64,000 bases of DNA from Parcubacteria group bacterium GW2011_GWC1_36_108. Lineage in GTDB: Bacteria; Patescibacteriota; Minisyncoccia; Moranbacterales; GWC2-37-73. Location: positions 6,734 to 70,733 of the forward strand of contig LBRD01000003.1 in the NCBI GenBank assembly GCA_000991245.1, given 5' to 3'. Under the pieces are notes generated by a model. The model had not been told where the DNA came from. It worked only from the letters and a program-made list of their open reading frames with translations, and searched no databases. This document shows positions 26,843 to 36,627 of this stretch, in pieces (positions within the stretch are counted from its first letter, which is position 1; every line of letters starts with the position of its first letter). The position numbers were made by a program, and so were the translations under genes.

Positions 26843-27967
26843 TTATGATCGCTTATTATTTATAGCCTTCTCTATCTCACTTAAATATATCTGTGAAATT
26901 CTTTTCCATTGATAATTTTCAATAACGAAATCGCGAACTTTTTGACCATATGTTTCGCGAGGACTTCCATTTGTGAAAAGCTCGTTGATTTTTTGAACAT
27001 AAGCTTCGGCATTTTCTGATTCAACCAAAAATCCATTTTTACCTTCCTTGATGGCATCTTTCAATCCTTCCATATTAGAAGCGAGTACAGGCAGGCGACA
27101 GGCGCCAGCTTCAATAACGGAGATGCCGAATCCTTCCATATCGCCAGCAATTTTGATGTTTGGTTGCACAAAAAGATCTGCAGTTGCCCAAAGAATGTTC
27201 CGATCTTCGTCTGGAATATATCCAAGCATTGCTACACGATTTTCAAGGCGATTGTTTTTAATCGCTTGGCTTATGTTTTCCTTGTCAGGGCCAGCGCCTG
27301 CAACAACGTATAAAAAGTTTTCATCCAGTTTTGGCATCACATTTGAAATAAACCACGCCACACCTTTTCTTTTGGCGAGTCTCCCGGAAGTCATTAAAAC
27401 TTTTTTGTCTGCAGTCGATTTCCCAATGATTTTCTCAAGATCAGTTTGCGTCGCTTGGACAAGATGTTTTTCAGTGTCGACTCCGTTAGGAATGAAAACA
27501 AATTTTTCTGCAGGAATATTTTTTTCTATGCCAACTTTTATAGTCTCATTGCCAACGGCGATTAATTTATCAAAGCTTTTAATGAAAACACCAATCCAAA
27601 AGGTTTGATATAATTTAATAAGAATTTTCTCATACCAGACGCCAAGGGAGGATGATCCATAATTTATATCTAGTCCGTGCACTACACACAATGTTGGTTT
27701 CTTATAAAACAATTTTATAATCCAACTTAAAATTGCTAGGGTACCATCTCCAATGAGCAGTGCATCATATCTTGGCATCAAAAATAATGCCCGTAGTAGT
27801 GCATAGGGTGCAAAAACAGGAAGAAATTTTCGTCCTCTAGTGTTGGCAATAATTTTTATTTCTGCAATTTCTCCTAGCCATGTTGCTAGTTCATAATTTT
27901 GGTTTTCAATGCCGCCAACAGTTGGAGGATAAGCCCTTGAAATGAAGAGTATTTTTAGATTATTCAT
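26843..27967 (-). CDS. GT4 glycosyltransferase
   Basis: Start moved to MNNLKILFISRAYPPTVGGIENQ. C-terminal EGFGISVIEAGACRLPVLAS. Confidence 0.8.
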   Translation of the reverse strand: MNNLKILFISRAYPPTVGGIENQNYELATWLGEIAEIKIIANTRGRKFLPVFAPYALLRALFLMPRYDALLIGDGTLAILSWIIKLFYKKPTLCVVHGLDINYGSSSLGVWYEKILIKLYQTFWIGVFIKSFDKLIAVGNETIKVGIEKNIPAEKFVFIPNGVDTEKHLVQATQTDLEKIIGKSTADKKVLMTSGRLAKRKGVAWFISNVMPKLDENFLYVVAGAGPDKENISQAIKNNRLENRVAMLGYIPDEDRNILWATADLFVQPNIKIAGDMEGFGISVIEAGACRLPVLASNMEGLKDAIKEGKNGFLVESENAEAYVQKINELFTNGSPRETYGQKVRDFVIENYQWKRISQIYLSEIEKAINNKRS

Positions 27968-28064
27968 ATACCTTATTCTAGCGCAAAAACAAATTAATTT
28001 CAACCTATTATAAAGAAAAAATGTCATAAGACATTTTTTCTAAAAAACGTAATTTTTTGTGTTT

Positions 28065-29015
28065 TTATCTCTTGTATTTTTCGACTTTCATCATATACAT
28101 CTGATCCTCAGTAAGTTTTCTGCTGGATTTGATCATATCAGCGATAAGTGCAAAAACCAAGAACTGAAGGCCAATAAGAAAACTTGAAATTGAAAAAATT
28201 AAATAATTGCGGTAAGGAGATATTTTGAATTCTTGAAAATATAACATTATGAAATATCCAAATACCGCTAAAGAGATGATTATTAAGAATAATCCAGGAA
28301 CACCAAAAAATTTCATTGGGCGCACATCGCGCACAGCCTTGAGAATTATTTTTGCGCTGTTGTTTACATATTTATAAATGCTGCGAACAACGCGAGATTT
28401 TCTTCCTTCAAAGTAAGTAACCTCCACTGGAATCCATTTAATTTTTAAATTTTTTCCAAGCGCATCAATAATAACTTCTTGTGTGTAAGTGAAAGCACCC
28501 GGAAGGTTTAATCGTAGCAATGTCTCTTTGTTATAACCGCGAAAACCACAAGTAAGATCCTTGATTGGATAATTCATAAACCAGCCTATGATCCAAGCGG
28601 CGAAACGGTTTAGATAATATTTGGCAGCCGGCATGTTTTTGGCTTTGTGCTTGCCAAAACGATCAGCGCTGGTCATATCAACCTCGCCATTTAAAATAGG
28701 TTCAATTATTTTTGAAATATCATTGGGATTGAATTGTCCGTCAGCGTCAATATTTACCATTATGTCAGCTCCATTTTCGAGAGCTTTTTCGGTGGCTGTT
28801 CTGAATGTTATGCCTAGTCCACGATTTACTTTATGTGAAAAAACAAAATCAGCTCCAGCTTCTTTTGCCTTTGTGGCTGTTTGATCTTTTGAGCCATCAT
28901 CAATAACCTGAACCAAAACCTCATCGATACCCTTGATTGTGCGTGGAATGCTTTTAATGGTTTCTGCAATTTTTTCTTCTTCATTAAATGCTGGAAGGTT
29001 TACAATCAGTCTCAT
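28065..29015 (-). CDS. GT2 polyprenol-phosphate glycosyltransferase (DPM/DPG-synthase-like)
   Basis: VIDDGSKD, NIDADGQ, and C-terminal TM helices. Confidence 0.85.
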   Translation of the reverse strand: MRLIVNLPAFNEEEKIAETIKSIPRTIKGIDEVLVQVIDDGSKDQTATKAKEAGADFVFSHKVNRGLGITFRTATEKALENGADIMVNIDADGQFNPNDISKIIEPILNGEVDMTSADRFGKHKAKNMPAAKYYLNRFAAWIIGWFMNYPIKDLTCGFRGYNKETLLRLNLPGAFTYTQEVIIDALGKNLKIKWIPVEVTYFEGRKSRVVRSIYKYVNNSAKIILKAVRDVRPMKFFGVPGLFLIIISLAVFGYFIMLYFQEFKISPYRNYLIFSISSFLIGLQFLVFALIADMIKSSRKLTEDQMYMMKVEKYKR

Positions 29016-29016
29016 A

Positions 29017-29247
29017 CTATTGTTTTTCGATTATTAATTTAGGATCAACACAATTGAGATCACATTTGGCATTCTGAGTTCCTTGTTTGATAAATTCTTT
29101 TGAACAATCGTTTAATTTCTGTTGACAAACAGATTTGCTTTCATTGAAATAATTCAAATTAACTTCATATCCAAAATAGGGAAGCGTGAAATATGCGACA
29201 ACTGCGATTCCTGCGAGCCAGATTGCAAATTTAATGAGATGAAACAT
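29017..29247 (-). CDS. small membrane protein with four Cys
   Basis: 76 aa, N-terminal TM. Its stop abuts the start of 28065..29015. Confidence 0.5.
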   Translation of the reverse strand: MFHLIKFAIWLAGIAVVAYFTLPYFGYEVNLNYFNESKSVCQQKLNDCSKEFIKQGTQNAKCDLNCVDPKLIIEKQ

Positions 29248-29256
29248 AGAAAAGTC

Positions 29257-29342
29257 AAAAAGTTTTTAAGGTTCTTAAGGTTTTTAAAGTATAAGCAGGT
29301 GTATGCCTTATGAACTTTATAACTTTATGAACTTTATAACTT
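29257..29342. repeat. palindromic 9-bp-period array
   Basis: Forward words 29257-29290, inverted words 29307-29342. Confidence 0.75.
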
Positions 29343-29349
29343 GTTTTTA

Positions 29350-30633
29350 TTATCGTCCGATTCCTTTATAGATTATACCACGTTTTTGAATTTCAGCCTT
29401 ATCGAGACAATTTTTTCCGTCAGTGATAACTTTGATGTTATTTTGTACAAATTTTTCAACAGGAATATCAATAAATTCTTGATGATTGGTAGCAAGTAGG
29501 ACAGCTTCACTTTTTTCCAATAGATCATCAATATTCTTAGCACTTGACATTGCAGGTACGAAAGGATCAAAGGTAACAACCTTGGCTCCATTTTTTTCCA
29601 AAAGCTTAATCAGTTCAAATGAAGGACTTTCTCTGAGGTCTCCAACGTTGGCTTTGTATGATAATCCTAATACTCCAACAGTTGTTCCTTTGAGAGATTT
29701 TTCAATTTCATTAAGTTGATCTTGCAAAAGTTCGATTGTGTATTCCGGCATACTGTTGTTTATTTTTCTGGCAGCTCGCAAAAACACGTGGTCGAAATCG
29801 TTTTCTTTGGCTTTTTCAATTAGGTAATATGGATCAACTGGAATGCAGTGACCACCAACTCCGCAGCTTGGCCAGTGTGCCAAAAATGAAAACGGTTTGG
29901 TGGATGCACCTTTAATCACGTTGGTAACATCTATATCCATTCGCTCAAAAGACCTGGCCAACTCATTTACAAAGGCAATATTGATATCACGGAAAGAGTT
30001 TTCGGTAATTTTCACAGCTTCTGCTTCTCGGATTGTTGCCATTGGCATAATTGGGGCATCCACAATGCTTTCATAAAACTCTTGTGAACGTTTCAAGCCA
30101 ATTTCATCAAAAGATCCAACCACACGCGGAATGTTTGAAACATTCCATTTTGGATCGCCGGGATTAACACGCTCTGGGCAGTGTGAAATAAAAACATCCT
30201 TACCAACTTCATAGCCTGCTTTTTCAAAAATTGGTTTGACGACTTCCTCACTAACTCCGGGATTGACGGTTGATTCAAGAATGACAAGCGAACCCTTCTT
30301 CATATTCTTAGCAACCGTTTCTGATGCACTTATAACTGGACTAAGATCTGGAAAATATTTATCATCTACTGGGGTTGGAACACATATGATATGGATATCA
30401 CACTGCGACATTAATTTTGGATCGCTGAAAACGTTTATTTTGACCTTTGGTAAGAGTTCCTCTAAAAATTCCTCCTTAAAAGGGGATATGCCTTGCTTGA
30501 TTAAATCTAATTTTTTCTGGTCATTATCAAAACCATATACTTCGTAACCCTTATTTGCGGCAACTGCGGCTAATGGTAAGCCCACATACCCCATTCCAAC
30601 AACGCACACTACTGGTTTTTCATTTTGATTCAT
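29350..30633 (-). CDS. nucleotide-sugar dehydrogenase (UDP-ManNAc/UDP-Glc dehydrogenase family)
   Basis: VCVVGMGYVGLPLA Rossmann N-terminus, GGHCIPVDP catalytic Cys. Confidence 0.85.
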   Translation of the reverse strand: MNQNEKPVVCVVGMGYVGLPLAAVAANKGYEVYGFDNDQKKLDLIKQGISPFKEEFLEELLPKVKINVFSDPKLMSQCDIHIICVPTPVDDKYFPDLSPVISASETVAKNMKKGSLVILESTVNPGVSEEVVKPIFEKAGYEVGKDVFISHCPERVNPGDPKWNVSNIPRVVGSFDEIGLKRSQEFYESIVDAPIMPMATIREAEAVKITENSFRDINIAFVNELARSFERMDIDVTNVIKGASTKPFSFLAHWPSCGVGGHCIPVDPYYLIEKAKENDFDHVFLRAARKINNSMPEYTIELLQDQLNEIEKSLKGTTVGVLGLSYKANVGDLRESPSFELIKLLEKNGAKVVTFDPFVPAMSSAKNIDDLLEKSEAVLLATNHQEFIDIPVEKFVQNNIKVITDGKNCLDKAEIQKRGIIYKGIGR

Positions 30634-30689
30634 ATTTTTTTGAAATTAAAAAATTTTTTTATTACATAGGCAAAAAAGCCAATGTGTAT

Positions 30690-30718
30690 AGTATATCTTT
30701 CTATAGAAATTAGGTCAA
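30690..30718 (-). promoter_or_regulatory. sigma70-like promoter (TTGACC-17-TATACT) for the minus-strand operon
   Basis: Read on the minus strand: -35 at 30718-30713, -10 at 30695-30690. Confidence 0.5.
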
Positions 30719-30732
30719 TTGTGATAGGGTTG

Positions 30733-30835
30733 ACCCCGTTAGAGATTTCACATTTATTGTTTAGTTTGAATATTGTACTTTATCTCTCAAAATAGACATA
30801 TTATTTGAGTTTACTTTTGAAATCTCTAACGGGGT
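30733..30835. repeat. perfect 18-bp inverted repeat ACCCCGTTAGAGATTTCA, arms 67 bp apart (operator or MITE-like)
   Basis: 30733-30750 is the exact reverse complement of 30818-30835. Lies between divergent promoters. Confidence 0.8.
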
Positions 30836-30863
30836 TGACAAAAGTGCTATTTGGGTGTATAAT
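30835..30863 (+). promoter_or_regulatory. consensus sigma70 promoter TTGACA-17-TATAAT
   Basis: -35 at 30835-30840, -10 at 30858-30863, both exact consensus. Confidence 0.6.
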
Positions 30864-30890
30864 AGATTGTTAATTTGTAAGTACAAAATT

Positions 30891-31028
30891 ATGCATAGAC
30901 AGCACCATAAAATGCACAAAGAGGAAATTATTTTCCATTTAATAGTCCCTGTGGTTATATTCGCGACAGTTGCGGCAATGGGATATTATGTGGTTATGCT
31001 TGTTACTGATATTATGAAAATGGCATAA
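30891..31028 (+). CDS. small membrane protein (45 aa), below track threshold
   Basis: MHRQHHKMHKEEIIFHLIVPVVIFATVAAMGYYVVMLVTDIMKMA. Sits downstream of the consensus promoter and upstream of a hairpin terminator. No clear SD. Confidence 0.4.
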   Translation: MHRQHHKMHKEEIIFHLIVPVVIFATVAAMGYYVVMLVTDIMKMA

Positions 31029-31043
31029 AGATTCAAAAAATTT

Positions 31044-31082
31044 AAAGACACTGGTTGCTGTTTGGCGATTAGTGTCTTTTTT
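31044..31082 (+). terminator. terminator-like hairpin
   Basis: AAGACACT-N19-AGTGTCTT followed by a T-run. Confidence 0.5.
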
Positions 31083-31096
31083 GTTATACTTACAAC

Positions 31097-32311
31097 ATGA
31101 TTAAAGTAGGAATAAATGCGTCATTTTTGCGCAAACAAAATACGGGGATAGGGCAAGTAAACATCAATTTTATTAAAAAATTGATGGAATTTCGAATTCC
31201 TGCCCGAAATGCTTCGCATAACGAAGCAGGCGGGTCGAATTTTGAATTTCTAAACAATAAGGAAGTTGAGTTTGTTTTGTATCTTGAAGAAGATGTTGAT
31301 TTAGATTTGCCGGATGGGTTCAGTAAAAAAGTTTTTTTGCCTGTATATAAGAGGGATGATTTGATACGTAAAATTTGGTGGGAAATGTTTTCACTCCCGA
31401 GAATTGCAAAAAGGGATAAATGTGATGTTTTTCTTAGTCTTTATCAGTCGCCAACAGTAATGCCAAAGAAAATAAAGCATATTATTGTTGCGCATGATAT
31501 TATTCCAAAACTTTTTCCAGAATATTTAAATAATTGGCGAAAAAAGATTTACCAATGGCTCATAGAACGAGCTATGAAAAAAGCTAATAAAATTATTGCG
31601 GTTTCGCATCGCACAGAAAAAGATTTGATTGCTCACTTAGAAATTGATGCCAAGAAAATTACAGTTTGCCATGTTGATGTGGATGAGATTTATAAAAAAG
31701 AAATTTCAGAAAAAGAAAGTCAGCGCGTTTTGAAAAAATATAATTTAGAAGCGGGATATATTTATTCCGGAGGGGGATTGGAAGTTAGAAAAAACACGGA
31801 GAATGTCCTTAGAGCCTATAAGATTTTGTTTGAAGCCTATGGTCATGCTAGTTGGCTTCCGAAAGTTGTTGTTTCTGGAAAAATGATGCCGCAGCTTGCT
31901 CCGTTGGTTACTGATGTTGAAGCTGTTGTGAAAGGTCTTGAACTCGAAAGCGAAGTTTCCTTATTGGATTTTGTACCGCAGGAAGATTTGCCGGCGCTAT
32001 ATAAAAATGCCAAAGTTTTTGTGTATCCATCATTATATGAGGGATTTGGACTTCCCGTTTTGGAAGCAATGAGTCAGGGCACTCCCGTGATAACATCAAA
32101 AACATCTTCACTGCCTGAGATTGGTAGTGACAGTGTTGTTTATTGCGACCCAAAGAGTGTGGACGACCTGGCGATGGTGATGAAGAATGTTTTGATGAGT
32201 AATCATTTGCTCAGTTCACTTTCAATAAAAGGCAAAGAGCGTGCTACGCATTTTTCATGGGATAAGTTTACTGAAAAGATGATAAATATAATAATTGATT
32301 TGAAAAAATAG
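31097..32311 (+). CDS. GT4 glycosyltransferase with an in-frame palindromic insertion
   Basis: YPSLYEGFGLPVLEAMSQGTPVITS. GC-rich palindrome at 31196-31238 encodes IPARNASHNEAGGS. Confidence 0.8.
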   Translation: MIKVGINASFLRKQNTGIGQVNINFIKKLMEFRIPARNASHNEAGGSNFEFLNNKEVEFVLYLEEDVDLDLPDGFSKKVFLPVYKRDDLIRKIWWEMFSLPRIAKRDKCDVFLSLYQSPTVMPKKIKHIIVAHDIIPKLFPEYLNNWRKKIYQWLIERAMKKANKIIAVSHRTEKDLIAHLEIDAKKITVCHVDVDEIYKKEISEKESQRVLKKYNLEAGYIYSGGGLEVRKNTENVLRAYKILFEAYGHASWLPKVVVSGKMMPQLAPLVTDVEAVVKGLELESEVSLLDFVPQEDLPALYKNAKVFVYPSLYEGFGLPVLEAMSQGTPVITSKTSSLPEIGSDSVVYCDPKSVDDLAMVMKNVLMSNHLLSSLSIKGKERATHFSWDKFTEKMINIIIDLKK

Positions 32312-32323
32312 TGTTGCGTGTTT

Positions 32324-32430
32324 AAAATTCCGTACAAATATATATTTTTTGTTTGCCTTTCCCTCGCCAGCCAAGGAAAAAACATGGCATCGGCCGGACT
32401 GCACAAAAAATAATATTTGTACGAAATTTT
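32324..32430. mobile_element. 107-bp element with ~28-bp imperfect terminal inverted repeats
   Basis: AAAATTCCGTACAAATATATATTTTTTGT ... ACAAAAAATAATATTTGTACGAAATTTT. Confidence 0.6.
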
Positions 32431-32461
32431 AAAAGTTATTATCAAGCGACAATAAAAAGAT

Positions 32462-34165
32462 ATGCCAATCATTAAACAAATTTTGGATCAAATTTTTAAA
32501 AATCCAACAAAGCTGTATCTCATTTTGGCCAATGTTGTTTTGGTTTCTTTTGCTATTTGGTTTTCAAATGTTGGACTTTTGCCGTTTAAAAACTTTGGAG
32601 ACTTTGCAGTTTTTGCAGTGTTGACTTTGATTTTGGGATTGTATCGTCCTGGTTGGACATTTCTTTTTTTTGTGGGAGCATTGGCCTTGAAGAATATTAA
32701 TCTTGTGCCAAAGGAGATTGGTTTGTCACTCAGACCATATCAATTTTTTGGGTTCATCACGATAATCGCGCTCTTGGTTCAGACTTTGTCAAAACGTCTT
32801 GCATTTTCATTGCCAAAATTTGCTTGGTATGACGCAATGCCTGTTGTTTTTGCTGTGGCTGGTTTTTTGAGCGCCTTGGGTGCAACAAACAAAGGGATGA
32901 GTTTCAAACAATCAATAATCGCTCTTACATTTGTCGCTTTGTATTTTTTAACCAGGATTTATGTGCAATCTTTTGATGATGCGAAACGCGTTCTGCCATT
33001 TTTTCTGAGCAGTGGATTGGTAGTGATGATATATTCTATTTGGCAAAATATCAGATTTTTAACTGGTGGAAATTCTTTTGAGGTAATGCCCGGCAGACCC
33101 AATGGAACTTTTACCGAGGCTGACTGGCTAGGAATATTTGTCACTTTTATTTTAGCTGTTTTATTAACAATATTGTATGCGCTTAATAGAAATTATATAA
33201 AAGATAGTGCTGGTCAAATTTCCAATTTCCAATTTCCAATTTCCAATAAATTCTTAAATTTACAAATTTTTAAAAAAGTAAGTGCTTATGTTTTTATTAC
33301 ACTTACGTTAATAACACTCATTCTGACTGTTTCTCGTAGTGCTTGGGTGGGGGCGGTGTTTGTGGCGGTTGTTTTTCTTAAATTTGTTCTCCTTGGAAAT
33401 TATGCGGAGCTTGGAGAAGGAGATCGAAGTAAATGGAAAAGATTGCTAAACATTTTGAAAATGCAAAAGTGGCAATGGAAAAAAGCCGGAACTCAGCTGC
33501 TGTTTGTTTTGCTTGCACTTGCTGTTGCACTTGCAATTGCAATGCCTCTGACACGTTTTCAATTGGCAAGCAGAGCAGCGAGCACAGCAGGATTTCAGAA
33601 AATAACGGTTGCGTGTCATAGTAGCGCTGACAATATTGTACCGCAAAAAATTCTCAGTGTTGATGAATTGGGAGGCTATGGTTGCAGACACATTAATCTG
33701 GAAGATATTGAAAAAGAAAAAGCTCTTGGCAATATGGTTATTGAAGTTGACAGGCCTGATCCAAATGTGAACATTCGCGCTGAAATTTATCAAAAATCTT
33801 GGCAGCAAATAAAATCACATCCTGTTTTTGGAATTGGGTGGGGAAGCATCTCGCAAGTTTTAGGCACAGACGAGCGTGGTGCGGGACTTAATGCGAGCAA
33901 TATCTTTTTGGAAGTCTGGCTGGGAAGTGGACTGCTTGGAATATTGTCGTTTGTGGTATTGCTTGGATATATTCTTGTATCATCAATCGGTGTGTTTTTG
34001 GATAATGGTAATAAGAATAAAAATGGTGCAGCACTTCTTTTTGTGATGGCCGGCTGGGCGGCTGTTGTTTTTCCAAATCTTTTTAATTCCGGAATATTCT
34101 TAGGATTCGTCTGGGTGTATTTAGGAGTAGCGGTGAGCTTATTACGAAATCATAAAAACATATAA
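32462..34165 (+). CDS. O-antigen ligase/polymerase-like membrane protein (Wzy_C-type)
   Basis: Polytopic, with LTVSRSAWVGAVFVAV and a large loop. In-frame AATTTCC repeat at 33215-33271. Confidence 0.7.
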   Translation: MPIIKQILDQIFKNPTKLYLILANVVLVSFAIWFSNVGLLPFKNFGDFAVFAVLTLILGLYRPGWTFLFFVGALALKNINLVPKEIGLSLRPYQFFGFITIIALLVQTLSKRLAFSLPKFAWYDAMPVVFAVAGFLSALGATNKGMSFKQSIIALTFVALYFLTRIYVQSFDDAKRVLPFFLSSGLVVMIYSIWQNIRFLTGGNSFEVMPGRPNGTFTEADWLGIFVTFILAVLLTILYALNRNYIKDSAGQISNFQFPISNKFLNLQIFKKVSAYVFITLTLITLILTVSRSAWVGAVFVAVVFLKFVLLGNYAELGEGDRSKWKRLLNILKMQKWQWKKAGTQLLFVLLALAVALAIAMPLTRFQLASRAASTAGFQKITVACHSSADNIVPQKILSVDELGGYGCRHINLEDIEKEKALGNMVIEVDRPDPNVNIRAEIYQKSWQQIKSHPVFGIGWGSISQVLGTDERGAGLNASNIFLEVWLGSGLLGILSFVVLLGYILVSSIGVFLDNGNKNKNGAALLFVMAGWAAVVFPNLFNSGIFLGFVWVYLGVAVSLLRNHKNI

Positions 34166-34226
34166 TATAACATAAAACATGTAACAATAAATACAAGAAT
34201 GTTACATGCTATATGCTACATGCTTC

Positions 34227-35372
34227 ATGGATATTGGAATCGACATTAGATTAATAGGGAAGAAGAGGACTGGCGATGAGGTGGTTGTTTTTAATTTGGT
34301 CAAGAACTTCGTACGGATAAATACGGATCACAAATTCAGACTTTTTACGGATGTTACAGATAAGGTGGTGCTTGAGAAAATCAGTGAGCAATTGGGAATT
34401 ATTGAAAGAGAAAATTTTGAAATTATTTCACTTCCAACCAAAAATAAATTCGTTTGGAATTTTTGGACGCTGCCAAAATATCTCAAAAAAAATCCGGTTG
34501 ATGTATATCACACGCAATACATCACACCGTTTTTTGTTTCAAGAAAAGTTAAGATTGTGACGATTGTGCACGACATTTCCTTTAATTTTTTTCCGCAGTT
34601 TATAAAATTTTCAGATTTATTTTTTTTGAAAACATTGATTCCGCTGAGTTTGAAACGCGCAGATAAAATTGTTGGTGTTTCGCAATTTACCAAAGATGAA
34701 ATTATTAAATATTATAAAGTTAATCCTGAAAAAGTTGAGTGGATTCACAATTCGATTAGTGATGAATTTGCAAAAACGATAGAGGCGCAAAATCTTGCGT
34801 CTGTGCGCGAAAAATATCACTTGCCTGAAAAATTCATTTTATATTTGGGCACTTTGCAGCCGCGAAAAAACGTTTCGCACCTAGTTTCCGCCTTTGCTCG
34901 TATTAAAGATAGTCTTGATGGCACAAAGCTTGTTATTTGTGGCAACATTGAAGGACACAATGCTGACAGTCAAATCAAGAAAAACGTGGTTAAGTTCAAT
35001 CTTGAGGAAGATGTGTTGTTTCCTGGTTTTATTGATGAACAAGACAAGGTGGCAGTTTTTGCTTTGGCGCATTCTTTTGTTTTTCCTTCATTGTATGAAG
35101 GATTTGGTATTCCTGTGCTTGAGGCGATGAGTCAAGGTGTGCCAGTGCTTTGCTCTGATATTCCAAGTTTGAAAGAAATTGCCGAGAATGGCGCATTATT
35201 CTTTGATTTGCAAGACCTTGATGATTTTTCAAAAAAGTTGTATGATATATCTATGAATTTGGACCTTCGAAGTGAGCTAATTCGATTGGGAAAACAGCGA
35301 GTTAGCTTTTTTTCTTGGGAAAAATCAGCACATAGGATGCTTGCAATTTATGAAAATATGCGGCATAATTAA
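34227..35372 (+). CDS. GT4 glycosyltransferase
   Basis: Start moved to MDIGIDIRLIGKKRTG. FPSLYEGFGIPVLEAMSQGVPVLCS. Confidence 0.8.
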   Translation: MDIGIDIRLIGKKRTGDEVVVFNLVKNFVRINTDHKFRLFTDVTDKVVLEKISEQLGIIERENFEIISLPTKNKFVWNFWTLPKYLKKNPVDVYHTQYITPFFVSRKVKIVTIVHDISFNFFPQFIKFSDLFFLKTLIPLSLKRADKIVGVSQFTKDEIIKYYKVNPEKVEWIHNSISDEFAKTIEAQNLASVREKYHLPEKFILYLGTLQPRKNVSHLVSAFARIKDSLDGTKLVICGNIEGHNADSQIKKNVVKFNLEEDVLFPGFIDEQDKVAVFALAHSFVFPSLYEGFGIPVLEAMSQGVPVLCSDIPSLKEIAENGALFFDLQDLDDFSKKLYDISMNLDLRSELIRLGKQRVSFFSWEKSAHRMLAIYENMRHN

Positions 35373-35419
35373 GCAGATTGTTTAGAAAATTTTAATTAAC
35401 GTAAAAAATAATATTTTGT

Positions 35420-36622
35420 ATGGAAAATGAACAGGGTTTTGGCCGAAATTCAAAGGCTGAATTGAAAAAAACAACTAAAAAAAGGTGGTTAAAGCCACTT
35501 CTTGTTATTATTGTCTTATTATTGCTTATTGGTGGTGTTTTTGCTTGGAAAGCAGGTAGCATTTTTGATAAAATTTCGACAGATGGTAATGTTTTTGGAA
35601 GTCTTACCCGTATGATTCCGGGTGTGGATAATGAATTGATAGGTGAAAAGGAGGGGAGAGTGAATATTTTGCTTTTGGGAATGCGAGGAGAGGAATTGAC
35701 CGGTGGTGGTCTTTTGGCTGACACCATTATGGTTGCAAGCATCGCACCTGCAGAAAACAAAATATCATTGTTTTCTTTGCCGCGAGATTTGTATGTTCAA
35801 AATCCCGGGACGGAATCAAGAAGCAAAATCAACGCCGTATATGCTTATGGCGAAGAAAAAAGAAAAGGAGGAGGAATGGAGGATATGAAAACAGTTGTTA
35901 GTGAGATTGTTGGTCAGCCAATCGGATATGCTTTGGCGATTAACTTTAAAGGCTTCACTGACTTGGTCAATGCTATTGATGGTGTGGAAGTTGATTTGAA
36001 GCAACCGTTTGAAGAGAATATGCAATTCAATGAAGAGCGTGCGTGTGATTCATATACTTTCACTAAGCCAACTGGAAAATTTGAAAATAAATATTACACC
36101 AGAAGTGAGGGAACTAAATATCTCGCAAAAAGTTATCCTCTTTGCACAAATCCAAATGTTGAATGTGGCGGCGATTTCAAATTGCCAGCCGGCAAGCAGA
36201 CTCTAAGTGGAGAGCAAGCTCTTTGCTACGCTCGTTCAAGAAAGACCTCAAGTGATTTTGAACGCGCAAAAAGACAACAACTTGTGATTCAGAAAATAAA
36301 AGAAAAAGCTCTTTCATTGGGAACATTGACTGATTTCAATAAGGTAAATGGAATAATTGATAGTCTTGGTAATAATGTTAGAACCGATATGCAAGCTTGG
36401 GAAATGAAACGTCTCTATGAAATTGAAAGAGGCCTGGAAAATCCGCAAATGGCTCAAAGAGTTTTGGAAAATTCAGAGGAAGGGTTGCTTTATAATCCTG
36501 AACAACGACCAGAAACGGGATACATTTTGCTTCCAATTGGTGATAACTATGACAAAATAAGAGAAGTGTTTAAGAATATTTTCACACTTCCTGCTCAGTC
36601 TGACATTGAACCAAAAGCATAA
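35420..36622 (+). CDS. LytR-CpsA-Psr (LCP) family glycopolymer ligase
   Basis: NILLLGMRG...LADTIMVASI...SLPRDLYV. Confidence 0.85.
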   Translation: MENEQGFGRNSKAELKKTTKKRWLKPLLVIIVLLLLIGGVFAWKAGSIFDKISTDGNVFGSLTRMIPGVDNELIGEKEGRVNILLLGMRGEELTGGGLLADTIMVASIAPAENKISLFSLPRDLYVQNPGTESRSKINAVYAYGEEKRKGGGMEDMKTVVSEIVGQPIGYALAINFKGFTDLVNAIDGVEVDLKQPFEENMQFNEERACDSYTFTKPTGKFENKYYTRSEGTKYLAKSYPLCTNPNVECGGDFKLPAGKQTLSGEQALCYARSRKTSSDFERAKRQQLVIQKIKEKALSLGTLTDFNKVNGIIDSLGNNVRTDMQAWEMKRLYEIERGLENPQMAQRVLENSEEGLLYNPEQRPETGYILLPIGDNYDKIREVFKNIFTLPAQSDIEPKA

Positions 36623-36627
36623 ACTTA

